DNA of 64,000 nucleotides, from NCBI GenBank assembly GCA_937863565.1, contig CALMGJ010000028.1:40802-104801 (forward strand), in the 5' to 3' direction. The position numbers were made by a program, and so were the translations under genes. The notes below the pieces were generated by a model. That model had not been told where the DNA came from, did no database searches, and saw only the letters and a program-made list of their open reading frames with translations. Of the stretch, positions 1 through 8,925 are shown in pieces. This DNA comes from an uncultured bacterium (lineage in GTDB: Bacteria > AUK180). The stretch's first letter is position 1. Each line of letters opens with the position of its first letter.

Positions 1-1327
1 TTTCTTTTTTCGAAACTGCATTGAGCCGGTTGCGTATCTCCTCGTTCTTCATAAGCGACCTTGAAAGGCTTTCATTCGCCATATTCAGTTCGAGTTCGAT
101 CTTGGAGGAGGAATCCTTCACTTCGAGTGCGATCTCCTGAACGTTTTTGGCAAGATCGCCCACCTGGCTGCTCTGCTTGGCAAGACGGTCCCTGATCACA
201 CTGTTGAATATGATAAGAGAAAGCTGCTTGGAAAGTTCGGAAAAAAGGTCGATAAGGAATTGGTTGAAATAATATTTCTCGTTGGATTCCAAGTCGATGA
301 GCCCGATGACCGTTTCCTTATAGATGAGCGGGATGGTGAGTTCGGAGTGTATGCCTCTCACTCCTTCATAGTAATTCGGGTCCTTATACACGTCAGGTAT
401 ATAGATTATCTGCTTGGATTCGACCGATTTTCCCACAAGGCCCTCTCCGAGGGGCAACGACTCAAGGCGGTCCAGAAGGAGTTCAGCCGGTTTGCAGATC
501 TTAAGTATATTCGTCTTTTTCTCATGATCGGTGAGCCAAATGGATATGAAATGTATCCTGTAGAGGGAAAGGATCGAATCTATGATCGCGTGCAACTGCT
601 CGTCAAGAGTGTTCTTCTCGATCACCTTGCCCATCATGGAAAGAAGCAGCCTGTATTTTCTTTTAGTCTCGTAATAATTAGTGATCGTCTGCACGAGGGC
701 GATTATAGAGATGAAAATGAAGCAGAACAGAAGAACGCCCGGGATCTGCATCTTGTCCCAGAAAAGGATATAACCTATCTGGAACACATAGAGGATCAGC
801 GTAACCGATATCATAGCGGCAAGGCTTCTGAAAACGACTATCCTGTTCAGTTTCTTAAGGAAGGTCAGGTAAAGGAAATTAAGCACCTGGTAGCAGAAAA
901 CTACCAGAAAACCGAACAGCAGGAATCTTTTTACATTGAATTGCAGCGTAAGAAAAAGGAAGGCATCGCTGAATTTTTTGAATATGATGCCGGACAGAAG
1001 CATTGTCGAAGTGAGAAGGAAGATCCTTCTTAATATATCCTGATACCTGGTGCGGATAATAATGTCTATCAAAAGGAAAAGCACTATCGTTATCGCCGTG
1101 CCGAGATAGGGATTATTGAAAATGAAGAAAGATGCGTATATTGGTATGAGTTCGAGGGAAATGGTGATGTTCTCGCCGTCGAATTTAAGCCTGAAGAAAG
1201 AAAAAGGTAATGCAAAGAGAACGAATATGGCGATCTTGGCCAGATTCTCGCCGGAAAAACTTACAAACGTGGCGAGAAGACCCATAAGAAGAGCGCAGCA
1301 AATAGTGAACAGCAGATTTTTCTTCAT
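1..1327 (-). CDS. membrane-anchored GAF-domain sensor protein, N-terminal portion (3' end of gene lies left of window)
   Basis: Minus-strand frame appears open from ATG (cat at 1325-1327) to position 1, spot-translated at both ends and mid-gene. N-terminus MKKNLLFTICCALLMGLLATFV is hydrophobic; internal LPLGEGLVGKSVESKQIIYIPDVYKDPNYY is GAF-like. Absent from ORF track because no stop in window; plus ORF 260-1033 is its shadow. Confidence 0.6.
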   Translation of the reverse strand, partial: MKKNLLFTICCALLMGLLATFVSFSGENLAKIAIFVLFALPFSFFRLKFDGENITISLELIPIYASFFIFNNPYLGTAITIVLFLLIDIIIRTRYQDILRRIFLLTSTMLLSGIIFKKFSDAFLFLTLQFNVKRFLLFGFLVVFCYQVLNFLYLTFLKKLNRIVVFRSLAAMISVTLILYVFQIGYILFWDKMQIPGVLLFCFIFISIIALVQTITNYYETKRKYRLLLSMMGKVIEKNTLDEQLHAIIDSILSLYRIHFISIWLTDHEKKTNILKICKPAELLLDRLESLPLGEGLVGKSVESKQIIYIPDVYKDPNYYEGVRGIHSELTIPLIYKETVIGLIDLESNEKYYFNQFLIDLFSELSKQLSLIIFNSVIRDRLAKQSSQVGDLAKNVQEIALEVKDSSSKIELELNMANESLSRSLMKNEEIRNRLNAVSKKE

Positions 1328-1348
1328 AAGTTTATTATATTAAAATAT

Positions 1349-1924
1349 TTATTCTTTTTCAAGTATTTTAAGGGAAAAGGCCTTTGAGGCGATAATGGAT
1401 ATCTTCCCGTATTTATACGTTATACTGCAGACATAGGCGTCATCCCCGTCAAAAAATGCCGCATCGTAAAGCCTGTTGCCGTAAAAAGTGATACGGGCGC
1501 GTTCTTCATTGTCGTATAAATAGGAGAAGAAAGTGAATTTCCCGTGTTCCCTCTTTATGTAGGTAAAAGGATCGTCCAGGAGCCGCAGCAGGATTTTTGA
1601 GAAAGGTAGCATTCCGGAAGGTAAAGGTTCGCCTTCCTTACCTCCGAATTTATAGGCTTTGCCTGTGAACGGATGAAACAGGACGGCGGATCTTTCGGCA
1701 AGTGAGATCCTGGCGGAAAGATTTATCCTCTTTCCCTCGAATTCAGCGTTCACCGAGGCCCGGATATCCTTCTTGTAGAGCATCTCCAGATTGGAGCGGA
1801 GGACATTTTCGGGATCCTTTTCACCGCGGGTGCAGCCCGAGACAAGAAGAAGGATAAGAAAAAAGAAGAAATTAAATACTTTCGCCGGCCTTCTCATTCT
1901 CCAGACCTTTGATGCCCCCGGCAT
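1349..1924 (-). CDS. hypothetical lipoprotein (probable start at internal Met near 1897)
   Basis: Signal peptide with lipobox FFFFLILLLVSGC; no recognisable catalytic motif. Confidence 0.55.
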   Translation of the reverse strand: MPGASKVWRMRRPAKVFNFFFFLILLLVSGCTRGEKDPENVLRSNLEMLYKKDIRASVNAEFEGKRINLSARISLAERSAVLFHPFTGKAYKFGGKEGEPLPSGMLPFSKILLRLLDDPFTYIKREHGKFTFFSYLYDNEERARITFYGNRLYDAAFFDGDDAYVCSITYKYGKISIIASKAFSLKILEKE

Positions 1925-2456
1925 AGTAGAACATCTCCTTTACGGCATTTTTATCCTTTACTTTTTTCATAAAGGAAGGAAGCGTACCCCTTCCCTTTAT
2001 GAAAGTTATCGCTGCGGGAAGCCCGAGATACTTTTTCGCGCCTTCGAGCATCCGGAAATAAATGGGAGAATCCGTCCTAACCGAACTTTTCAATCTCAAA
2101 TATTCCAGATCGTTCTTGAATTGAGCGTTCGTCATCATTTTCGTTTTAAGCGTTTTCCCGGTTAAAAGTTCCGCACCGGGAAGACCGTTTCTTCCCGTGA
2201 TCCCGTAAAACCGTTTAGGCCAGGCCGAAAGGAGCATATATGACGGCAGATCTATCCTTAAAGGACATTCTGCAAGACAGTTCCCGCAAAAACTGCACGC
2301 AAGGGATTCGTTCCGGACGATGCCTTCTTTCAAGATCAGGATCTTCCCTCTAGGCGAGAATACCTGGTCGCGCATCCTTTCGTAAAGCGGGCAGTTGTAG
2401 AGGCATTTCCCGCAGAAAACACAGCGTTCTATGTCGATATTCTCTTTAAAGTTCAT
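1872..2456 (-). CDS. (Fe-S)-binding protein with HdrD/GlcF-type 2x[4Fe-4S] N-domain, lacking CCG domain
   Basis: CVFCGKCLYNCPLY...SPRGK and CSFCGNCLAECP motifs; C-terminal ~110 aa contain no cysteine. Confidence 0.55.
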   Translation of the reverse strand: MNFKENIDIERCVFCGKCLYNCPLYERMRDQVFSPRGKILILKEGIVRNESLACSFCGNCLAECPLRIDLPSYMLLSAWPKRFYGITGRNGLPGAELLTGKTLKTKMMTNAQFKNDLEYLRLKSSVRTDSPIYFRMLEGAKKYLGLPAAITFIKGRGTLPSFMKKVKDKNAVKEMFYYAGGIKGLENEKAGESI

Positions 2457-3849
2457 TGAAATACCTTATCATCCCGTACAATTTGTCGCCCGGACAGGTA
2501 GTGAATTTCTCTGACAGGTCACGATGCCCGTAAACAGGTAATCTTTCCTTCCTTCCCGCTTTTTCAAGGATATAAAGAAGAGATGCCGTCTGGGCGGCGC
2601 CGGGCTCGGTCAGATTGAAATCCCCGATAAGGGCGATACCGAGATTGCCTTCGTTCTTTCCCCGCACATGTGCGCCGGCCGACCGGGTATCCCTTCCTTT
2701 GAATATCTCTCCTTTCCTTCCTATCACGAAATGATATCCGATATCGTCAAATTCCCTTATCCGGATATGATAATCCTTTATCTTCCCGAATATTTCTTTA
2801 TCGTCAGCTTTTCCGAAATTGAACGAATTGGTGTGATGCAGAGTGATCATCTTATAACCGGAGATGTCCATGTTCTCGACCGCGGGGGATTTTATATCCT
2901 TCTCGCGGTATAAAGTAAAATTCTTCCCTTCGAAGATGAAACGGCCGTTTATGAAATCCTTACTCGTCATTTCATTCTTACCGTAAGGCTTCACGCTGAG
3001 TATATCTATACTGCCCTCGCCGCAACGCACGGTAAAAGAATCCTTTCCTACCGCTGTCACCATTCCCGGAAGGGCCTTTCCGGAAGAGCATCCGGATATC
3101 CGGGCTTTGAGGAGTTTAATAGGCCGGCCGTTCAGATACGTGAACGCCTGCGGCCATTCGCAAAATGCGGCGATCGTCCTTTTCACTTTTCCGGCATCGA
3201 GATACCAGTTCACATTGGCCATGTCGGGGCTTAAATACGGCGTATAATCGGTTGCGGTCTCGTCTTGGGGTCTTGCGCTCTCCAGAAGTTCTTCAAGATC
3301 CCTTAAAACATCTGCGATACAATCCCCGGAAAGATCGGTCAATTTTTTCTCTAAAGAGAAATAATCGTCATCTTCAGTGATGACGGCCGTTTTTTCGAAT
3401 ATAACATCTCCCGCATCCATCTTTTCATTCATCCGGATAAACGAAATACCCGTCTTTTTATAACCGTTCAAAAGTGCATATGTTATTGGCGAGGAACCCC
3501 GGAGTTGGGGAAGGAGCGAATAGTGAAGGTTCACGGAAGCGGTCTTGGGCAGAGCGAGAACCTTCCCGGGCAGGATCATCCCGTAAGCAAAAACGAAAAA
3601 TACATCCGCATTCAAGGGTTTAAGAGCCTGGACGAGCGAATCATCCGGTTTTTCCGGGGTCAGCACTGTTATCCCGTTCTTCAAGCAGAACTCTTTCACC
3701 GGGGAGGCTTTCATTTCCCTTTTCCTGCCGGCCGGTTTATCGGGCCTGGTTACCGCGGCCTTGACAATAAAATGTTCATTAAGTTTTTCCAGTATGGTCC
3801 TTGAGACCTCTGGAGTGCCGAAGAAGACGAGACTAATGTTTTTTCCCAT
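2446..3849 (-). CDS. fmt: methionyl-tRNA formyltransferase fused to a C-terminal N-acetylmuramoyl-L-alanine amidase (Amidase_2/PGRP) domain
   Basis: N-terminal ~310 aa Fmt-like (LVFFGTPE..., immediately downstream of def, 17-nt overlap). C-terminal ~150 aa carry DIGYHFVIGRKGEIFKGRDTRSAGAHVRGKNEGNLGIALIGDFN and PVYGHRDL...TTCPG, typical of AmpD/PGRP zinc amidases. Single uninterrupted ORF. Confidence 0.8.
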   Translation of the reverse strand: MGKNISLVFFGTPEVSRTILEKLNEHFIVKAAVTRPDKPAGRKREMKASPVKEFCLKNGITVLTPEKPDDSLVQALKPLNADVFFVFAYGMILPGKVLALPKTASVNLHYSLLPQLRGSSPITYALLNGYKKTGISFIRMNEKMDAGDVIFEKTAVITEDDDYFSLEKKLTDLSGDCIADVLRDLEELLESARPQDETATDYTPYLSPDMANVNWYLDAGKVKRTIAAFCEWPQAFTYLNGRPIKLLKARISGCSSGKALPGMVTAVGKDSFTVRCGEGSIDILSVKPYGKNEMTSKDFINGRFIFEGKNFTLYREKDIKSPAVENMDISGYKMITLHHTNSFNFGKADDKEIFGKIKDYHIRIREFDDIGYHFVIGRKGEIFKGRDTRSAGAHVRGKNEGNLGIALIGDFNLTEPGAAQTASLLYILEKAGRKERLPVYGHRDLSEKFTTCPGDKLYGMIRYFNEL

Positions 3850-4360
3850 TTTTCCCGGCGAGTTCCTTCAAAAGCGGCTTGATCTTCATGTATTCCGTTT
3901 CCGAAAGCCGGTCGATAAAAAGTATACCCATAAGATGATCGTATTCGTGCTGGAACACGACCGCATTCATCCCCCTCAGAGTTTCCCTGATCTTTTCACC
4001 GTTTCCGTTGATATATTCCACTTCGATCTCTTTTGGACGCTCTACGTCAGCGAATATGTCCGGAACTGACAGACAACCTTCCTGATAAACGATCTTATCC
4101 GGTGAGCGCGAGTTGATCTTCGGGTTTATCACGATGCGTTTAACTCCTCCTTCAGTGATGGATGTGTCCATTACGAAGAAATCCTCGAAAATGCCTGTCT
4201 GAGGAGCCGCAAGGCCCACTCCGTCGCGGAGTTTCATGAATTCATAAAAATCCACTGTGAGGAATTTAAGCAGATCGCCGGTTATCTCTTTAATCTCGAT
4301 GCTCCTCTTTCTGAGTTTTTTATCGGGATAAATAAGGACATTTAATTCCTTCTTGGGCAT
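3833..4360 (-). CDS. def: peptide deformylase
   Basis: GVGLAAPQ, EGCLS and QHEYDHL motifs; ATG verified at 4358-4360. Confidence 0.93.
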   Translation of the reverse strand: MPKKELNVLIYPDKKLRKRSIEIKEITGDLLKFLTVDFYEFMKLRDGVGLAAPQTGIFEDFFVMDTSITEGGVKRIVINPKINSRSPDKIVYQEGCLSVPDIFADVERPKEIEVEYINGNGEKIRETLRGMNAVVFQHEYDHLMGILFIDRLSETEYMKIKPLLKELAGKNGKKH

Positions 4361-4366
4361 TTTTTT

Positions 4367-4843
4367 CTACCCTTTCGAAACGGTATTAATGAAATCGTCC
4401 GCCGTTCTCACGCATGTCTCGTTGAATTCCCTGAAATTCGGGAAAGCCGAAACCGCGCCCGGCAAAGCGCCTTTGGCCGACAACATGCTCCTGATCTGCT
4501 CGCCGGCCTTCTGCCAATCATCGCCGCCGAGTGTGAAGAACACATGCACTTTCTTCCCTTCAAGAGGAGCGTGATTGATGAAGAAGTTGACGGCGGGGCA
4601 GGTTTTTCCCGCCCACACGGGAAGTCCGAGGAATATCTCTGCATACGGACCAATATCCTTGAACGGAAGAAGCTTTTCCTCAAGACCCCGGACGGCCTTG
4701 AACCCGCCTACGAAGAAATGCACCAGGCCTCTCCTTTTTTTCTCTTCTTCGAGGCGAATGGTCTCGCAGTTCAACTTCCCGGCAATGTATTCCGCAACCT
4801 TCTTCGTATGACCGGAATGAGAGAAATAGATTGCAATTTTCAT
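4367..4843 (-). CDS. flavodoxin-like protein
   Basis: MKIAIYFSHSGHTKKVA N-terminal flavodoxin signature; 158 aa. Confidence 0.7.
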   Translation of the reverse strand: MKIAIYFSHSGHTKKVAEYIAGKLNCETIRLEEEKKRRGLVHFFVGGFKAVRGLEEKLLPFKDIGPYAEIFLGLPVWAGKTCPAVNFFINHAPLEGKKVHVFFTLGGDDWQKAGEQIRSMLSAKGALPGAVSAFPNFREFNETCVRTADDFINTVSKG

Positions 4844-4846
4844 TTC

Positions 4847-5398
4847 TTACCTTTTGTAGTAAACATCGAAAACGGTTCTTTTTTCGCCCTTGAAATGTTT
4901 ATATTCGATGCTTGAAGCCTTTGCCGAGGTCGAAGCAAGGATCCCTTCCACAAAACCGGCAAAGCGCTCGAAGAAAACATGATTCTCATCCACATTGTCA
5001 AGCTGGAACTGCAGATAATCCTTCCCTGTTTCCGTATGTTTAAGCGTTCCTTCGTCGAAATACTGGCTGAAGATCATCGATGCCCTTTTTAAAGCGTACT
5101 CTGGGGTTGCGATCTTCAAAAATATCCTGTATATTCCCTTCATATTGTTCATTGCTCCGTATTTCGCAGCGTCGCGCAGTATCCGCCTGTTCTTTTCTCC
5201 GTACTTGCGCTGGATGATCTCATTTATTTCGATGAACAGTTCGATAGGATACCAGTTCCCCGGAAAAATATCTCCGTCCGGAAGATGCTTTTTCGATCCT
5301 TCGCCCAGTTCATTGAAGATCTCCGACCATTTCTCCTTGCCGAAATTATCCTCGATGTACTCCTGGCAGTTTTTTATCGATACACCCTTGATGTTCAT
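4847..5398 (-). CDS. uncharacterised 183-aa protein, tandem paralog A (N-terminus H-NOX-like; unverified)
   Basis: Closely similar to adjacent 5417-5968 product; N-term IKGVSIKNCQEYIEDNFGKEKWSEI resembles H-NOX helix A (G..K..Q....FG.E.W..I) but no YxSxR seen. Confidence 0.6.
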   Translation of the reverse strand: MNIKGVSIKNCQEYIEDNFGKEKWSEIFNELGEGSKKHLPDGDIFPGNWYPIELFIEINEIIQRKYGEKNRRILRDAAKYGAMNNMKGIYRIFLKIATPEYALKRASMIFSQYFDEGTLKHTETGKDYLQFQLDNVDENHVFFERFAGFVEGILASTSAKASSIEYKHFKGEKRTVFDVYYKR

Positions 5399-5416
5399 AT
5401 CCGGTTCACCCTTTTT

Positions 5417-5968
5417 TTATTTCGAATATCGCACATCGAAAACAGCTCTTCTGTCGTGCTGCAAATAATCGTATTTTACATCGCAGGATCTTGCAGAAGT
5501 AGATGCGATGACGCCTTCCATATATCCCGCAACGCGCTCGAATATCATCGGCAATTCCGGCACATTTTCGAGATGAAGAACGATGTTCGAGCCGTCGCTT
5601 TTAATGTGTTTCATGTGTCCGAAATCGTAGAATTGACTGAACATCACGGCCGCTTTTTTCACGACGTAATCTACGGTGGCCACTTTCATGAAGATCCTGT
5701 AGACCGTCTTGAGATTGTTCATCGCGCCGTATTTGGCGGCATCGCGAATGATGCGGCCATTGCCTGAACCGTACTTTTTCAGCATTACTTCGTTCACGTC
5801 AACGAATACCCGGACCGGATACCAGTTGCTCGGGAAAACCACTCCGTCCGGCAGATGCTCTTTCGATGATTGCGGCAGGTCCTTTATGATCTCGCCCCAT
5901 TTCTCCTTGCCGTACTTGCTCTCAATGTAGTCCTGACAGTTTTTGATCGATACGCCCTTAACCTGCAT
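5417..5968 (-). CDS. uncharacterised 183-aa protein, tandem paralog B
   Basis: MQVKGVSIKNCQDYIESKYGKEKWGEI...; shares AAKYGAMNN and FERVAGY blocks with paralog A. Confidence 0.6.
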   Translation of the reverse strand: MQVKGVSIKNCQDYIESKYGKEKWGEIIKDLPQSSKEHLPDGVVFPSNWYPVRVFVDVNEVMLKKYGSGNGRIIRDAAKYGAMNNLKTVYRIFMKVATVDYVVKKAAVMFSQFYDFGHMKHIKSDGSNIVLHLENVPELPMIFERVAGYMEGVIASTSARSCDVKYDYLQHDRRAVFDVRYSK

Positions 5969-5979
5969 ACATTCTCCTA

Positions 5980-6537
5980 TTAGTCTTTATCGATGCATCC
6001 GCGGCAGCGCGCTTCGTAGATATCGCCCGCGCCGACGAGGATCTGCTCGTCGCTTTTCACGATCCTTTTCGTTTTCGTGGCGGGATTCCCGCATTTCACA
6101 CAGATCGCCTGCGTCTTGCTCACCTGGTCAGCAACGGCCATCAGTTCGGGTATGGGTCCGAACGGTTCTCCCCTGTAATCCTGGTCCAGGCCCGCAACGA
6201 TCACCCGGATATTCCTTTTCGCAAGCTCTTTGACCGTTTCGATGATCCCCTTATCGAAGAACTGGGCTTCGTCTATGCCTACGACCTCGGTGCCGGGTTC
6301 AACGTATTTCATTATCTCGCCCGAATTCGCAATATTTATGGCTTTCATCTTCTGGTACGAATGGGATACCACATAGGCCTCATCATACCTTTTGTCGATC
6401 TCCGGTTTGAAGATCACAACTTTCTTCTTCGCGATCTCCGCCCTTCTAAGCCTTCTTATGAGCTCTTCGGATTTTCCGGAGAACATGCAGCCCGCGATGA
6501 CTTCTATCCATCCCATTTCCTTAGGAATGAAATTCAT
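5980..6537 (-). CDS. tdk: thymidine kinase
   Basis: P-loop CMFSGKSEEL, VIGIDEAQFF, C-terminal zinc ribbon CVKCG...CRGC. Confidence 0.92.
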   Translation of the reverse strand: MNFIPKEMGWIEVIAGCMFSGKSEELIRRLRRAEIAKKKVVIFKPEIDKRYDEAYVVSHSYQKMKAINIANSGEIMKYVEPGTEVVGIDEAQFFDKGIIETVKELAKRNIRVIVAGLDQDYRGEPFGPIPELMAVADQVSKTQAICVKCGNPATKTKRIVKSDEQILVGAGDIYEARCRGCIDKD

Positions 6538-7904
6538 ATCTTCTCCTCTTCTATATTGTAAGACTTTATCTTGTTTATCAGGGTCGCCCTCGATATGCCG
6601 AGCGCCTGCGCGGCCTTCGTATGGTTGTTATTGTATTTTTTCAAATTCGCGATCACCGCCTGCCTCTCTATCTCGGACAGCGGCACATCTGCGCTTATCC
6701 CTTTTCCGTTACCGTTCCCCCTCCTTGGCTTGGCGATGCCCGCGATATAATCGGGAAGCATCCCGGGTTCTATGGCGCCGCCGTTATTGAAGACCACGAT
6801 ATGCTCGATGAGGTTCTTGAGTTCCCTGATATTCCCCGGCCACGCATATTCATTCATAAGTTTCACCGTCTCTTTGGAGAAAGTGAAGAGCGGTTTCTGG
6901 TACTTGCGGGAATAGTCGATCATGAAGAAATTGGCAAGAGGATATATGTCCGCAGGCCTGTCCCTCAATGCGGGAATGTCTATCTGCACCACCTTGATCC
7001 TGTAATAAAAATCCTCCCGGAACTTCCCTTCCTCGATGAGTTTTATAAGATCTTTGTTCGTCGCGAAAACGATGCGCGTATCGATCTTTTTAACTTCGGT
7101 GCTCCCGACAGGCGTTATCTCCTTCGACTCCAAGAACCTCAGAAGCTTCACCTGGGTAAAAAGGGAGAGCTCGCCTATCTCGTCCAGAAAGAGCGTGCCG
7201 CCGGCGGCCAGCTCGAATTTGCCCTTTTTAGACGATACGGCGCCCGTAAAAGCGCCTTTCTCGTGACCGAACAGTTCCGATTCCAGAAGCGTCTCGGGGA
7301 GCGCCGAGCAGTTTATCGGGATAAGGGGTCCGTCGCGCCGCTGCGAATTGTAATGAATGGTCCGGGCTATCACCTCTTTGCCCGTGCCCGATTCCCCGGT
7401 AAGAAGCACATTGGCGTCCGTCGGCGCGATCTGCTTTATCTTGCTTATGATCGTTTCCATTTCGGAAGAGGCGAAAATGATATTCTCGAAATTGTACCTG
7501 TCGAGAAGTTTCTCCTTGAGGTTTTTTACCTCCTTCTGAAGTCCGAGCTTCTCATAGGCCTTCTCTACGAAGATCTCCAGTTCCTCTAATTTGAACGGCT
7601 TCATCAGGTACTGGTAGGCCCCGCTTTTAATGGCCTCGATGGCCACATCTATCGACGACACCCCGGTGATGACTATGATCTCCCCGTTCTTCCCCGAACC
7701 TTTCAGTATCTTGATAAGTTCCATACCGCTTTTATCCCTCAGATTGAGATCGGTCACGACCACGTCGAAATCGTTCTTCTTGAGAAGTTCCAGCGCGTCC
7801 TCGACGGAATCCGCTCCCTCCACAAAGTCCTTCTTGAACCTGAAGTAATCGATGACGGACTGCCTTATCCCGGCATTATCCTCTACGATCAGAAGTTTTC
7901 TCAT
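6534..7904 (-). CDS. sigma-54-dependent response regulator (NtrC family: REC + AAA+ + Fis-type HTH)
   Basis: LLIVEDN...VVVTDLNL receiver; GESGTGKE Walker A; ESELFGHEKGAFTGA GAFTGA motif; C-terminal HTH AAQALGISRATLINK. Track start 7913 is TTG; ATG at 7904 preferred. Confidence 0.9.
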   Translation of the reverse strand: MRKLLIVEDNAGIRQSVIDYFRFKKDFVEGADSVEDALELLKKNDFDVVVTDLNLRDKSGMELIKILKGSGKNGEIIVITGVSSIDVAIEAIKSGAYQYLMKPFKLEELEIFVEKAYEKLGLQKEVKNLKEKLLDRYNFENIIFASSEMETIISKIKQIAPTDANVLLTGESGTGKEVIARTIHYNSQRRDGPLIPINCSALPETLLESELFGHEKGAFTGAVSSKKGKFELAAGGTLFLDEIGELSLFTQVKLLRFLESKEITPVGSTEVKKIDTRIVFATNKDLIKLIEEGKFREDFYYRIKVVQIDIPALRDRPADIYPLANFFMIDYSRKYQKPLFTFSKETVKLMNEYAWPGNIRELKNLIEHIVVFNNGGAIEPGMLPDYIAGIAKPRRGNGNGKGISADVPLSEIERQAVIANLKKYNNNHTKAAQALGISRATLINKIKSYNIEEEKI

Positions 7905-8565
7905 AAACCTCAAGGTCCTCCGGAAAATCGAATTTGAATACCGTTTTCATATCGTTCGAAATAAAATCTATATTTCCTTTCAGATGCTCCGCGAAGCGCT
8001 TGGAGATGGCAAGCCCCATACCGCTCCCCTGCTCCTTCGTCGTGAACATCGGCTCGAATACGCGATCCCTCAGGCCCTCCTCTATCTTCGGCCCGGCATT
8101 CTCAACGCTGAACATGATGCTCTCGCCTGTCTTTACCGTGGAGATGAGTATCTCGGAACCCTCATTGCAGGCCTCTATGGCGTTTTTTACAAGGTTCATT
8201 ATCACGGTCTGAACCTTGAAACCGTCCTGGTTCACCGCGCCTATCTGAAGATCGAAAGCGAGTTTCACTCTCGCGCCTTTCTCGTTTATATAGCCCTGAA
8301 GGTCGTCCACGATCTCCTTGATCATCAGGTGCAGATCGAACCTCTTCACATCGTTCTCCGTTTTCTGGAAAAGGTTAACATTGCGCGCCATCTCATAGAG
8401 CTTGTCGGCCTGGACGAGAAGTTTTGAAAGCAGGCGTTTTTCTATCTCGTTCTTCTCGGGGCTCTTATCATAGGCCTTTTTCAAAAATTGGAGATTGAAG
8501 ATGATCGGCTGCGCCGCGTTCTTGATCTCGTGGATGAGGTATTTCAGAGTATCTTTTTCGTCCAT
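7876..8565 (-). CDS. histidine kinase lacking any sensor/TM domain (DHp + HATPase_c only)
   Basis: H-box LIHEIKNAAQP near N-terminus; G-boxes EQGSGMGLAISK; 229 aa; overlaps the regulator start. Confidence 0.8.
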   Translation of the reverse strand: MDEKDTLKYLIHEIKNAAQPIIFNLQFLKKAYDKSPEKNEIEKRLLSKLLVQADKLYEMARNVNLFQKTENDVKRFDLHLMIKEIVDDLQGYINEKGARVKLAFDLQIGAVNQDGFKVQTVIMNLVKNAIEACNEGSEILISTVKTGESIMFSVENAGPKIEEGLRDRVFEPMFTTKEQGSGMGLAISKRFAEHLKGNIDFISNDMKTVFKFDFPEDLEVYEKTSDRRG

Positions 8566-8925
8566 ACTGCGTATTATAGCAAAAAAATAGAAAATGTAAA
8601 AATATTTTACACTCCGATAAGGTGAAATATCTCACATTTATTTTAATATTGGACATTAATGGAAATCCTTAAAAATAGGGATTTTATCCGTGAAAACCGC
8701 CTATCCGTGGCCTTTTTGCTTTATTCTGTTCGTATCATCTGCATTTTCATTATTCACTGCGCTTCGCATAACTCTCAACTTATTTAGACAGTTCACTATT
8801 CACTTCGTTTCGGCCGACTTTCAACTGTCAACTCTTTCTCTATCTTCTCTTTTATCGTTCATTATTCATTATTCTTAGATTGTGACGTTATGTAAAATAT
8901 AAAGACCAGGTACCTTCACATTTAC

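Noticed and set aside
260-1033. 257-aa plus-strand ORF
   Set aside because: No recognisable motifs; the minus strand across the same region gives a coherent membrane/GAF protein, so this is an antisense shadow.
6621-7589. 322-aa plus-strand ORF
   Set aside because: Lies antisense inside the well-supported sigma-54 response regulator; no domain signature.
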